From an uncultured candidate division WWE3 bacterium (GTDB taxonomy: Bacteria > Patescibacteriota > WWE3 > UBA101185 > UBA10185), in assembly GCA_903879985.1 (NCBI GenBank), contig CAIRNR010000007.1:585925-649924 (forward strand): a stretch of DNA of 64,000 nucleotides, written 5' to 3'. Under the pieces are notes generated by a model that was not told the origin of the DNA, did no database searches, and was given only the letters and a program-made list of their open reading frames with translations. Positions 39,217-46,860 of the stretch are shown here, one piece after another. Position 1 is the first letter of the stretch. Every line of letters begins with the position of its first letter. A program made the position numbers and the translations under genes.

Positions 39217-40422
39217 ATGCCCGAAGAAATTAAATCCTTATTTGACTTTAAGGATTCAAAACCCAAATCATTATATAAAGTCACGTTTGGTGGTTGGTAC
39301 CAAAGAACTACACTTCATTTATCGGAAGTGTACGAATATTTAAAAAATTCTGATTCCCGATTAAATTTAGACAAAGACAAACTGAAGGTTTTACATGCGG
39401 CTCTTGGACTTGGGGAAGTTACACGTGAGTTGGGTTATTTAGAATATGTAAAAGCACAAACAATAGACGGTATAGATATCAAATATTATGAGGATGGCTT
39501 ATTTGTTTTGGAAACCATGAATTCTGATGTTGTTGCTGCCAAGGAAAAACTGGAAAAGTTTTATGAAGCTAAGTTTAACCCGGCACTAAGTTACATTTTT
39601 TCTCTAGGTGCGCCTACACCAAAGATATTAGCAAATCTAAAAACTCAGCACCCAACGGTTGTTTCTTACACGCTAAAGGATAAGTCTAAATTTGAGACGC
39701 CAGAAAATATTTACAGCAAGGTTGTTTCACCTGACATTGATGTTTACAAATCAAACGATTTTATTTACATAGTTAAAAAAGATAAAAGCACCGTTTCACT
39801 TGACGAGGTTGTTGAAATGCAAATATTTTTTCGCGAGTTCAAGGACCAATTGGAGAAATATTTAAATATTCATCGTCGCGTTTGGGAAGATATCTCGGAA
39901 ATAAAAGATAGCGGAAGTATAAAAATAAAAGAAATAGATCCAATCAGAAAAAAACTTGATGCTTATCAAAAAACAATTAGTCTGATTTCAAATCGTATAA
40001 ACCAAATGGGTTCATATGTTCGCACGCGCCAGTCTATAGCTAAAAAAGCGGGGATTGATGAACATTTACAGAACATGTTTCAGTATCGATTTGAGGTTTT
40101 AATAGATACTTTGGATTATATAAAGGAAATTTGGAAAATGACGACAGACTATGTCAATTCTGCCATACAGGTTGTAGTCGAACTTCAGAACTCTGCAACT
40201 AACAAAAGTATTCAATCATTGACCTTAATTACATCTATGGGAGTAATTGCAGGGCTTGTAGCTTATTTATCTCGTGATACTTATCCAAAAATTACATTGG
40301 TGGGCGCAACATACTTGGGAGGACTGCTGTTTGTTGGTTGGTTACTTAATAAAGCCGTTGCCGTTTGGGTAGCAAATAGAAAACAGCGCTTGAAGTTTAC
40401 AAAAACAGATAGCGATATTTAG
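39217..40422 (+). CDS. CorA/MIT-superfamily-like membrane protein lacking the GMN signature (large cytoplasmic N-domain, long helix, two C-terminal TM helices)
   Basis: C-terminus 'NKSIQSLTLITSMGVIAGLVAYLSRDTYPKITLVGATYLGGLLFVGWLLNKAVAVWVANRKQRLKF' parallels CorA 'N.vMK.LT.iT.IF.P.TfIaGiYGMNF...KRK.WL', but 'YGMNF' is replaced by 'VAYLSRD'. Confidence 0.45.
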   Translation: MPEEIKSLFDFKDSKPKSLYKVTFGGWYQRTTLHLSEVYEYLKNSDSRLNLDKDKLKVLHAALGLGEVTRELGYLEYVKAQTIDGIDIKYYEDGLFVLETMNSDVVAAKEKLEKFYEAKFNPALSYIFSLGAPTPKILANLKTQHPTVVSYTLKDKSKFETPENIYSKVVSPDIDVYKSNDFIYIVKKDKSTVSLDEVVEMQIFFREFKDQLEKYLNIHRRVWEDISEIKDSGSIKIKEIDPIRKKLDAYQKTISLISNRINQMGSYVRTRQSIAKKAGIDEHLQNMFQYRFEVLIDTLDYIKEIWKMTTDYVNSAIQVVVELQNSATNKSIQSLTLITSMGVIAGLVAYLSRDTYPKITLVGATYLGGLLFVGWLLNKAVAVWVANRKQRLKFTKTDSDI

Positions 40423-40671
40423 CTAGTTTAGAAAACATAGGCCCCCTTTCAAGCCAAATTTGTTTGAGAGAGGGTCGTGAGAGAGATACACGCACAACTT
40501 AATATTTGTAATTCGAGGGCAAATTTTTAGCTCTTTGAGTTTTTTGTTTATGCACGGTAAGGCACCCGTGTTATTTCTGTTGTGCAAAGATGTTTGCAGA
40601 TTTTGGCTATTGCGCTTCACTTTTTTCATGTTTAGACTATAAGTAATTACTCTCTAGAAAAGGAGAACGCA

Positions 40672-40959
40672 ATGAATTTGTCTACTTCCCTTTATACGTA
40701 TGGTGTATGCATTAATCCCGTCGTGCGAGAAAGACTTCGTCGAAAAGAAATTAAAGAAGCTGTTCTTGATGTGTTGCGGGAAAACCTTTTACCTCCATTA
40801 ACCGTTCTGGGAATTATGCGCCGGCTTAAAGAAAAGCATATCTGCGCCTCTGTCCAGGACATCGAGCGTGCCATTCAGCAGTTAAAGCGCTCCGGTGAAA
40901 GTATTAGCATTATCGTTACAAGAACTGTTACAGTTAGCTTCCATGATTCCGGTGATTAA
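40672..40959 (+). CDS. Hypothetical small protein (95 aa; possibly a winged-helix fold)
   Basis: RBS 'aaaaggagaacgca' before the ATG; ORF in track. Confidence 0.4.
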   Translation: MNLSTSLYTYGVCINPVVRERLRRKEIKEAVLDVLRENLLPPLTVLGIMRRLKEKHICASVQDIERAIQQLKRSGESISIIVTRTVTVSFHDSGD

Positions 40960-41080
40960 AAACCAGGGGGATTTTAGGTGACAAGGCCCGATGTATACTA
41001 TGTATATTTCGGGTCTTTTTTTATTCCCTTTTTAGGGCGTATAATCCAGAAAATACATCAAGAAGTAGAAGGAGTAATCA

Positions 41081-41335
41081 ATGAAAGCAGAAGATATTAC
41101 TTTGAGAGTAGTGCGACTTGATCCGGGGGAGCTTAACCAAATTATGAGTACAAAAGGGTTTACGCTGCTCGCGTTGGCTGAAAAAACCGGAATTGCTGCG
41201 GTTACCTTAGCATGTTTGCTTGAAGGCAAAACGCCTCTTACACATTCTTGGGCGCTTAGTATTTGCACTGCTTTAGAAATTTCTTTTGTAGATACCTTCG
41301 GGGACCTGTTTGAGCAGCCAGCACATATCAACTGA
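41081..41335 (+). CDS. XRE-family HTH regulator (84 aa)
   Basis: 'NQIMSTKGFTLLALAEKTGIAAVTLACLLEGKTPLTHSWALSICTALEISFVDTF'; -10 'GCGTATAATCC' at about 41034..41044 and RBS 'gaaggag'. Confidence 0.55.
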   Translation: MKAEDITLRVVRLDPGELNQIMSTKGFTLLALAEKTGIAAVTLACLLEGKTPLTHSWALSICTALEISFVDTFGDLFEQPAHIN

Positions 41336-41378
41336 TAAAGAAATCAAAAAAATAAAAATGATAGAAAGGAAGGAAAAA

Positions 41379-41651
41379 ATGGAGAAGGTAGTGGGAGCCC
41401 GCGGCGAAATATTATATGCCTCATTCGGCAATGCCGCCTATCCGGTGCAAGTTACTTATATAGGCATGTCGGATGGTTTGCAGGTTACCGGAGCACGCAT
41501 ATACGCCGAAGGAAAACGTATTGGTATTTGGAACGCCAACCCTGATGCAAGTCACGCCCCCAAGCAACTTGCAAAATCTTTGGCTGCCTACATTACCCAA
41601 ATCTTGAACCACAAGAACTGGGAAGCTCACAGCTCGGTTTATCCAGATTAA
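41379..41651 (+). CDS. Hypothetical protein (about 90 aa)
   Basis: ORF 41310..41651; the likely start is the ATG at 41379, preceded by 'aaggaagg'. Confidence 0.35.
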   Translation: MEKVVGARGEILYASFGNAAYPVQVTYIGMSDGLQVTGARIYAEGKRIGIWNANPDASHAPKQLAKSLAAYITQILNHKNWEAHSSVYPD

Positions 41652-41671
41652 AATCAATGGATAAACTTAAA

Positions 41672-41710
41672 GGTCAACTTAACAAAAGTAAGTTGGCCTT
41701 TTCTTTTTTA
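41672..41710 (+). terminator. Rho-independent terminator (ggtcaactta/taagttggcc stem, T-rich tail)
   Basis: Read directly downstream of 41651. Confidence 0.55.
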
Positions 41711-41720
41711 TATCGTAAAT

Positions 41721-41762
41721 AAAAAAAGGTTAGCTTATCTGTTGTTTTAGATAGGCTAACCT
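41721..41762 (-). terminator. Terminator for the minus-strand two-gene operon (14-bp stem aggttagcttatct/agataggctaacct; A7 on plus = U7 on minus)
   Basis: Read directly. Confidence 0.55.
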
Positions 41763-41785
41763 TTATGGTCTTGCGACATTAGGCA

Positions 41786-42172
41786 TTATGCGGCCGGTAG
41801 AATGTACGGCAAGGTAAATAAGACTATATCGTAGGAGAAAAGCGAATTAATATCGCCTTCTGTGAACGTGATATATACCTTTGATCCATAACGGCTAAGG
41901 GGCATAAGTTCATAAATTCCCTTATGATAATTTTCTGCTCGGGCAAGTGCGTACCAGGTTGCATCTATAAAAGTAGGACCCTTTGTAAATACATATCCCC
42001 GAATGTCTACTTCCCATGCGCGCTTGGCGTAGTCCAGGTTATATTCGTTGCATATTCCTGTTGTGGGCCAGACACTTTTTGGTAAAAAGGGAAGCCACAT
42101 CTTAACGGTTCGGGCGCTTTTTATTTTCATTCCCTTCATTTCTTCAAGGTTTATGATCTGTGGTGCGGACAT
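41786..42172 (-). CDS. Hypothetical protein (128 aa), second gene of a two-gene operon
   Basis: ORF in track; 13 bp after the upstream gene. Confidence 0.4.
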   Translation of the reverse strand: MSAPQIINLEEMKGMKIKSARTVKMWLPFLPKSVWPTTGICNEYNLDYAKRAWEVDIRGYVFTKGPTFIDATWYALARAENYHKGIYELMPLSRYGSKVYITFTEGDINSLFSYDIVLFTLPYILPAA

Positions 42173-42185
42173 CTTTGTCTCTCCT

Positions 42186-42458
42186 CTACATTTCTATTTT
42201 TTTTAGTTCCTCGATAAGATCTTTTATGATTTGTGTAAGTTCATCGCGGGTTGCTTCGACAAAACCGGGGTTTTTGTAGATAATCAAAGCTCTGGCGGCG
42301 AGTGCTTCAACTGTTGGATAGGTTTTTGGTATTACTCCCAGATTTTTGGCCGTTTCCATATGTTCCCTCACAAGTTCTTTACTGAAAGGGAAGTATATCG
42401 GTTCAACAAAAAGCAGGTCGTTTTCGAGCTGTGTAATAAGCTCTAAAAATGTATACAT
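42186..42458 (-). CDS. Hypothetical protein (90 aa), first gene of a two-gene operon divergent from an XRE regulator
   Basis: RBS 'aaaaggagac' and -10 'CATATAAT' upstream on the minus strand. Confidence 0.45.
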   Translation of the reverse strand: MYTFLELITQLENDLLFVEPIYFPFSKELVREHMETAKNLGVIPKTYPTVEALAARALIIYKNPGFVEATRDELTQIIKDLIEELKKIEM

Positions 42459-42562
42459 GTGCTTGTCTCCTTTTCTTTTTTGTCTAATTAAGCGCGATTA
42501 TATGCTAGGTGATTAGCTAACGCAATTTAACAGGGGTATAATCCACGAAATTAATCAAGTCT

Positions 42563-42832
42563 ATGTTAAAGGAGAGAACAGTTATGAAACTTGTTAAGCA
42601 GCCGGTAATTGTAACGTTGGTTTTTCTGGAAAATGAGGAAGAGTTGATGGATTTGGCACGAAAGGAAGGTTGTGAAACACCCGAAAATTTTGCTCGCGAG
42701 GCCAACATACCAATTTCACAAATGTACGGAATATTAAAAGGGGAGATTGGTATAACAAAGGATATGGCGATTCAATTTGCGAATGGCATGGGTGTATCGC
42801 TACGAAAATTATTTGGCAATGTTTTTGATTAA
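42563..42832 (+). CDS. XRE-family HTH regulator (89 aa)
   Basis: 'ENFAREANIPISQMYGILKGEIGITKDMAIQFANGMGVSLRKLF'; -10 'GGGTATAATCC', RBS 'aaaggagag'. Confidence 0.6.
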   Translation: MLKERTVMKLVKQPVIVTLVFLENEEELMDLARKEGCETPENFAREANIPISQMYGILKGEIGITKDMAIQFANGMGVSLRKLFGNVFD

Positions 42833-42847
42833 TATGCTTAAAAAGAA

Positions 42848-42893
42848 AGACCCTCGAAATGTTTTGTTACATTTGAGGGTCCTTTGTATTTAT
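42848..42893. terminator. Bidirectional rho-independent terminator (13-bp stem gaccctcgaaatgt/acatttgagggtc flanked by an A-run and a T-run)
   Basis: Read directly between the convergent genes 42563..42832(+) and 42896..43294(-). Confidence 0.65.
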
Positions 42894-42895
42894 TA

Positions 42896-43219
42896 TTACT
42901 CTGATTGTAGCCCGGCAATTATTTTGATAAGTGTCGGACCCTGCACTTTTCGAATCTCGTGGGCTATCATGCCGAATATCATATTGCGTGGCGGATTTTT
43001 CAAAGCTTCAAGTTCATTGATTCTTATATTTCCATCCTCGATCCATACTGCAACCCACGGCTTACTTTTTGGAAATAATTTATCCAGGTGGTGCGGAACG
43101 ATAAGCAAGTGGGCAGGTTCTTTTTTATTGTCTACAATTTTATGTCCCGCTTGGGTTAATATTTCCTGCAATACCTTTTTGTGTTCCGGGAATGCTCTAA
43201 AGCCAACTAATGCTATTTT
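42896..43219 (-). CDS. Hypothetical protein (about 108 aa)
   Basis: ORF 42896..43294; start trimmed to 'MKIALVGF...' to avoid a 60-nt overlap with the upstream ORF. Confidence 0.35.
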   Translation of the reverse strand, partial: KIALVGFRAFPEHKKVLQEILTQAGHKIVDNKKEPAHLLIVPHHLDKLFPKSKPWVAVWIEDGNIRINELEALKNPPRNMIFGMIAHEIRKVQGPTLIKIIAGLQSE

Positions 43220-43233
43220 CATGCTTTCCTTCC

Positions 43234-43569
43234 TTATAAGTGGACCCAATATATTGCATGTTGCGAGGCATACTTTGTTGCACAACCGTACCATTTTTCT
43301 ACAGGTTCTTGTGCAACAATTTCACTTGCTTTTGCCCGTATTTCCTGGGAAGTTTTTGTAATTAATCCCGCCTGACGAAGCTCGCCGACCTTATCTGAAA
43401 AGATTATGTCTATGCGCATCCGGTCAGCAGGATCCTTTGTTGTGTCGATTGCTTTTCGGTACCGTACCATGAATTCTCGATCTAATTCGTAAACAATAGC
43501 TTCCAGTATTGTCATCATCACCATCGTGACTTTTTGCTCCGTAGACATGCTATCAAGTGTCGTACTCAT
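43234..43569 (-). CDS. Hypothetical protein (111 aa)
   Basis: Strong RBS 'aaaaggaggaagttaaa' upstream on the minus strand. Confidence 0.45.
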   Translation of the reverse strand: MSTTLDSMSTEQKVTMVMMTILEAIVYELDREFMVRYRKAIDTTKDPADRMRIDIIFSDKVGELRQAGLITKTSQEIRAKASEIVAQEPVEKWYGCATKYASQHAIYWVHL

Positions 43570-43651
43570 TTTAACTTCCTCCTTTTACATAGGTATTTAT
43601 TGAATGGGATTATATATGATTTATGAAGAGTTTACAAACTATAGGATTGAT

Positions 43652-43725
43652 TGGCAGGGACGGAGTGAATCGAACACTCATTGGCGGTTTTGGAGACCGC
43701 AATCCTACCATTGAATGACGTCCCT
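43652..43725 (-). tRNA. tRNA-Trp (anticodon CCA), 3' CCA encoded
   Basis: Reverse complement AGGGACGUCAUUCAAUGGUAGGAUUGCGGUCUCCAAAACCGCCAAUGAGUGUUCGAUUCACUCCGUCCCUGCCA folds as a cloverleaf; anticodon loop CUCCAAA. Confidence 0.85.
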
Positions 43726-43736
43726 AAAAAATTTAC

Positions 43737-43812
43737 TGGAGCCCACTCGCGGAATCGGACCGCGGACCACTTCCTTACCATGGAAGTGCTCTACCAACTG
43801 AGCTAAGTGGGC
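43737..43812 (-). tRNA. tRNA-Thr (anticodon GGU), CCA encoded
   Basis: Reverse complement GCCCACUUAGCUCAGUUGGUAGAGCACUUCCAUGGUAAGGAAGUGGUCCGCGGUCCGAUUCCGCGAGUGGGCUCCA; anticodon loop AUGGUAA. Confidence 0.8.
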
Positions 43813-43836
43813 ATCTCCGTTAGGAACAATTTTGCA

Positions 43837-43922
43837 TGGTGCCGGGAGAGGGATTTGGACCCCCGAAGGCGTACGCCAGCTGATTTACAGTCAGCTCCAT
43901 TTGACCACTTTGGTATCCCGGC
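43837..43922 (-). tRNA. tRNA-Tyr (anticodon GUA) with long variable arm, CCA encoded
   Basis: Reverse complement GCCGGGAUACCAAAGUGGUCAAAUGGAGCUGACUGUAAAUCAGCUGGCGUACGCCUUCGGGGGUCCAAAUCCCUCUCCCGGCACCA. Confidence 0.8.
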
Positions 43923-43950
43923 AAAATATTTCTAAACACTAAAGCTTTTC

Positions 43951-44025
43951 TGGAGCCAAAGGTGGGAATCGGACCCACAACCTGCTGTTTACAAAACAGC
44001 TGCTCTACCATTGAGCTACTTTGGC
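43951..44025 (-). tRNA. tRNA-Thr (anticodon UGU), CCA encoded
   Basis: Reverse complement GCCAAAGUAGCUCAAUGGUAGAGCAGCUGUUUUGUAAACAGCAGGUUGUGGGUCCGAUUCCCACCUUUGGCUCCA; anticodon loop UUUGUAA. Confidence 0.8.
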
Positions 44026-44266
44026 GCGAACGTAGTGAGCGACAAAGCGCGACGAAGTCGCAACTTTGGCGAATCAGAGGAAGACGTAGTCTTCACTTTG
44101 GCTTGGCGGATTTACTCTACCATACTAACAAAAAGTACAAAATAGTTAATAGATTCTATCAACTTAGTCGGCCGCCCGCAATCCAGCAAAAAACACATAC
44201 ATAGTAATTTGGTATAATACACGAGTTCTAAAAAATCTTTTAGGAGAGGTAATTAGGAGAGGTAAA

Positions 44267-44524
44267 ATGTCAGTAGCAAAGAAGCCGCAATGTAATCCGG
44301 ATTCCGGAGATGATTCTAAAAGGGTCAAAGTTGTGAAGCATCCAGGTCGCTCCGACGGAAAGTTTGATCAACCAAACGCAATGTTTTATCGAGGTCCTGC
44401 AATTCCGGAGCCGGTACATGACGCTAAAATAGGAAGTCCTTGCCGAACTTGTCTCGAAGGCATTATTTCATCGGCAAACTGTGGAAAGCTAAAGAAGTGT
44501 CCTAAAAACATATTCACTAGCTAG
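44267..44524 (+). CDS. Hypothetical small basic Cys-containing protein (85 aa)
   Basis: Tandemly duplicated RBS-containing 12-mer 'taggagaggtaa' x2 upstream; terminator follows. Confidence 0.4.
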   Translation: MSVAKKPQCNPDSGDDSKRVKVVKHPGRSDGKFDQPNAMFYRGPAIPEPVHDAKIGSPCRTCLEGIISSANCGKLKKCPKNIFTS

Positions 44525-44544
44525 ATAGGTCCCTGTTCGTCACC

Positions 44545-44580
44545 GCCGGAAGATACAAAAATATTTTCCGGCTTTTTTTT
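44545..44580 (+). terminator. Rho-independent terminator (gccggaa...ttccggc plus T8)
   Basis: Read directly. Confidence 0.55.
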
Positions 44581-44629
44581 GCTATGCAATTGACACTAAC
44601 CCCTATTCCATGCTTTAATTGCGTCTGCT

Positions 44630-44875
44630 ATGTCAAGAATATGCGATATCTGTGAAAAAACTTATCAAACCGGTAATTTAGTCCCAAGAGGGATTGGTAA
44701 TCGTGTTACAAAACGTACCAGTACTCACAATATGGCTAATTTGAGAAGTAAGAAGTTTGAGATTAACGGTCGTAAAATAAGAGTCACACTTTGCTCTTCT
44801 TGCTTAAAAAGAATCAAAAAAGATACCCGAGATGCTGTAAAAGTTGAGACAGTAGAGACCGAAGCTAAAGCTTAA
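44630..44875 (+). CDS. rpmB: 50S ribosomal protein L28
   Basis: 'MSRICDICEKTYQTGNLVPRGIGNRVTKRTSTHNMANLRSKKF..' matches the L28 pattern MSR.C...GK....GN.VS.....T.R...PNL; -35 TTGACA at 44591-44596. Confidence 0.55.
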   Translation: MSRICDICEKTYQTGNLVPRGIGNRVTKRTSTHNMANLRSKKFEINGRKIRVTLCSSCLKRIKKDTRDAVKVETVETEAKA

Positions 44876-44886
44876 TTTTAATTTAG

Positions 44887-45828
44887 TTATTTTTCCACGT
44901 AACCGTTTTCGAATTCTTTCCAATCCATTTTTGTTTTGCCTTCTACCTGTAATTTTTTTATATCGATTTTTCCTTCAATTAAGTCAGTTTCATAGATCTT
45001 TACTTTAAGATTTTTATCTACGTGGCTTTTAAGCTTAATTTTTTGTGGCAAATTACCGTTATTTTCTAATTCCTTAATGTATGTCCATGAAATTGGCCAT
45101 GGATTAAAGGCTCGTACCTGTTTCTCAATAACTTCGTTGTTATCTTTCCAGTTTATTTGAGCGTCTTCTTTGTATATAAAAGTATGTGTTGGGTGATTCT
45201 TGGAATATGTATAAGTAGCCATTTCTTCATCCTGAGGTAGGGGACTAAGTTTACCGGAAATGTAATCTTCTAAAATTTTTGGCAGTTTATCGGCGGCAAC
45301 TTTAAAAAGAGTTTCGTAAAGTTCGCCTGAAGTTTCTTTGTATGTAACTTTGTACCCAATTTGATATAAAATAGCTCCTGCATCCATTCTTCTATTTACC
45401 AGTTGGAACGTAATTCCCGTGTTTTCGTCGCCGTTTAGCACTGCAAATTGAACTGGACTTGCTCCACGATACTTGGGTAAAAGTGAAAAATGAATGTTTA
45501 TTAAGTTTTTGCTTTCAAAATGTTCTATTAGCTTTTCGGGAATAATAAATGCAAAATCAGCAACGATACCGTATTCAATCTTCTGTGTTTTTAGATCTTT
45601 CATGACCTGTTCGAGATCACTTTCTTTTAGGGAATTTACTTCTACATATCTAATATTGTTTTCCTTAGCCCATTTTTTAACGCCTGTTTCTTTACTTTCC
45701 TGATCGCGTCCAACTTTAACGTCTCGTTTGGTTACGCATAGTGCTAAATTAAAAGAATCTTTAAGTGATTCCAGTAAGGGGATTGATCTATCTGATGTGC
45801 CAAAGAATGCCACTCTTACATTGTTCAT
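44887..45828 (-). CDS. fmt: Methionyl-tRNA formyltransferase
   Basis: 'INIHFSLLPKYRGASPVQFAVLNGDENTGITF'; 4-nt overlap with def. Confidence 0.85.
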   Translation of the reverse strand: MNNVRVAFFGTSDRSIPLLESLKDSFNLALCVTKRDVKVGRDQESKETGVKKWAKENNIRYVEVNSLKESDLEQVMKDLKTQKIEYGIVADFAFIIPEKLIEHFESKNLINIHFSLLPKYRGASPVQFAVLNGDENTGITFQLVNRRMDAGAILYQIGYKVTYKETSGELYETLFKVAADKLPKILEDYISGKLSPLPQDEEMATYTYSKNHPTHTFIYKEDAQINWKDNNEVIEKQVRAFNPWPISWTYIKELENNGNLPQKIKLKSHVDKNLKVKIYETDLIEGKIDIKKLQVEGKTKMDWKEFENGYVEK

Positions 45829-46358
45829 ACAGTAGCTCCAAAAAGTCGATCTAAATCGGCTTCAGTTAAAACCTTACCTATAACGCGGTCGGTAAATAAA
45901 ACGCCGTCTAAATGATCAATTTCATGTTGAATGACGCGAGCAAAAAATCCGTGTGCTTTAAATTTTATGGTATCCCCACTTAAATCCTGTGCAATTACTT
46001 TTATTTTTTGATACCTTTCAACTTCTCCATATGCGTTTGGAACACTTAAACAACCTTCCCAATCAATGTCTGTTTCTTTTGACTCGCTAACGATTTTTGG
46101 GTTAATTAGAATGAAGTCTTCCTTTATGGTTCTGCGGCTGTTTGTTGGATCTTCAAAGAAGTTACGGACAACACAAATACGCTTGGCCACGCCTATTTGA
46201 TTTGCGGCCAAACCGGCACCTTCTGGCTTTGAAGCCACATCTAAGGTATCGACCAAATCTTTGGCTATTTGCTTGATTTCATCATTTATTTCCCGTATTT
46301 TTTCACCCTTTTGACTAAGAATGTCCTCGGGTATTGTATGTATTCTTCTAACTACCAT
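45825..46358 (-). CDS. def: Peptide deformylase
   Basis: Motifs 'GAGLAANQIGV', 'EGCLSVP', 'QHEIDHLDG'. Confidence 0.9.
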   Translation of the reverse strand: MVVRRIHTIPEDILSQKGEKIREINDEIKQIAKDLVDTLDVASKPEGAGLAANQIGVAKRICVVRNFFEDPTNSRRTIKEDFILINPKIVSESKETDIDWEGCLSVPNAYGEVERYQKIKVIAQDLSGDTIKFKAHGFFARVIQHEIDHLDGVLFTDRVIGKVLTEADLDRLFGATV

Positions 46359-46434
46359 GCTGCTATTTTAACATTTTAGTTTGCCGGCGCGTATACTATA
46401 AGAAAAATCGGCTAATGTAGTAGGAGGAGGATAT

Positions 46435-46725
46435 ATGTGTCATAAATGCTTAATATGCGAGGATATCGTAAGTAATACCGTGCTTGCGGATGGCGCTGGT
46501 GGTTTTTTGCTCACCATTGTTTTCAAAAACAACCATATATTGAACAACCGTTCCGTTGTGTCATATATTGTCAGCCAGCTTGTACCCGATAATGTTTCAG
46601 GAGGAACTTCAAACCCAGAAATTATCCCTGATGGAGATGTTCCTTATATTCAAGTTCATTATGCTACAGAGCGTTATGCGAATGCAGCATTAAGTCGTGT
46701 TTGTGATTTGGTAGCTGAAGAATGA
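46435..46725 (+). CDS. Hypothetical protein (96 aa; N-terminal CxxCxxC)
   Basis: Very strong RBS 'taggaggaggatat' before the ATG; terminator at 46745..46783. Confidence 0.4.
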   Translation: MCHKCLICEDIVSNTVLADGAGGFLLTIVFKNNHILNNRSVVSYIVSQLVPDNVSGGTSNPEIIPDGDVPYIQVHYATERYANAALSRVCDLVAEE

Positions 46726-46744
46726 AATATAACTTCAGCACGCA

Positions 46745-46783
46745 GAGGTCGAAGCTTTATAAAAAACTTTGGCCTCTTTTTTT
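46745..46783 (+). terminator. Rho-independent terminator (10-bp stem with two G-U pairs plus T7)
   Basis: gaggtcgaag ctttataaaaaa ctttggcctc ttttttt. Confidence 0.5.
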
Positions 46784-46860
46784 ATGCTATACTCAATGCC
46801 ATAAGCTATCTCGTGTGTTTGTTTGTTTCAAGAAAACATCCGTGATACCATGCCCAGATC

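Noticed and set aside
40423-40629. 68-aa minus-strand ORF between island genes
   Set aside because: It lies in promoter/terminator-like intergenic DNA, with no RBS and low-complexity sequence.
43962-44204. 80-aa plus-strand ORF
   Set aside because: It overlaps tRNA-Thr(UGU) and the tRNA promoter region and has no RBS; spurious.
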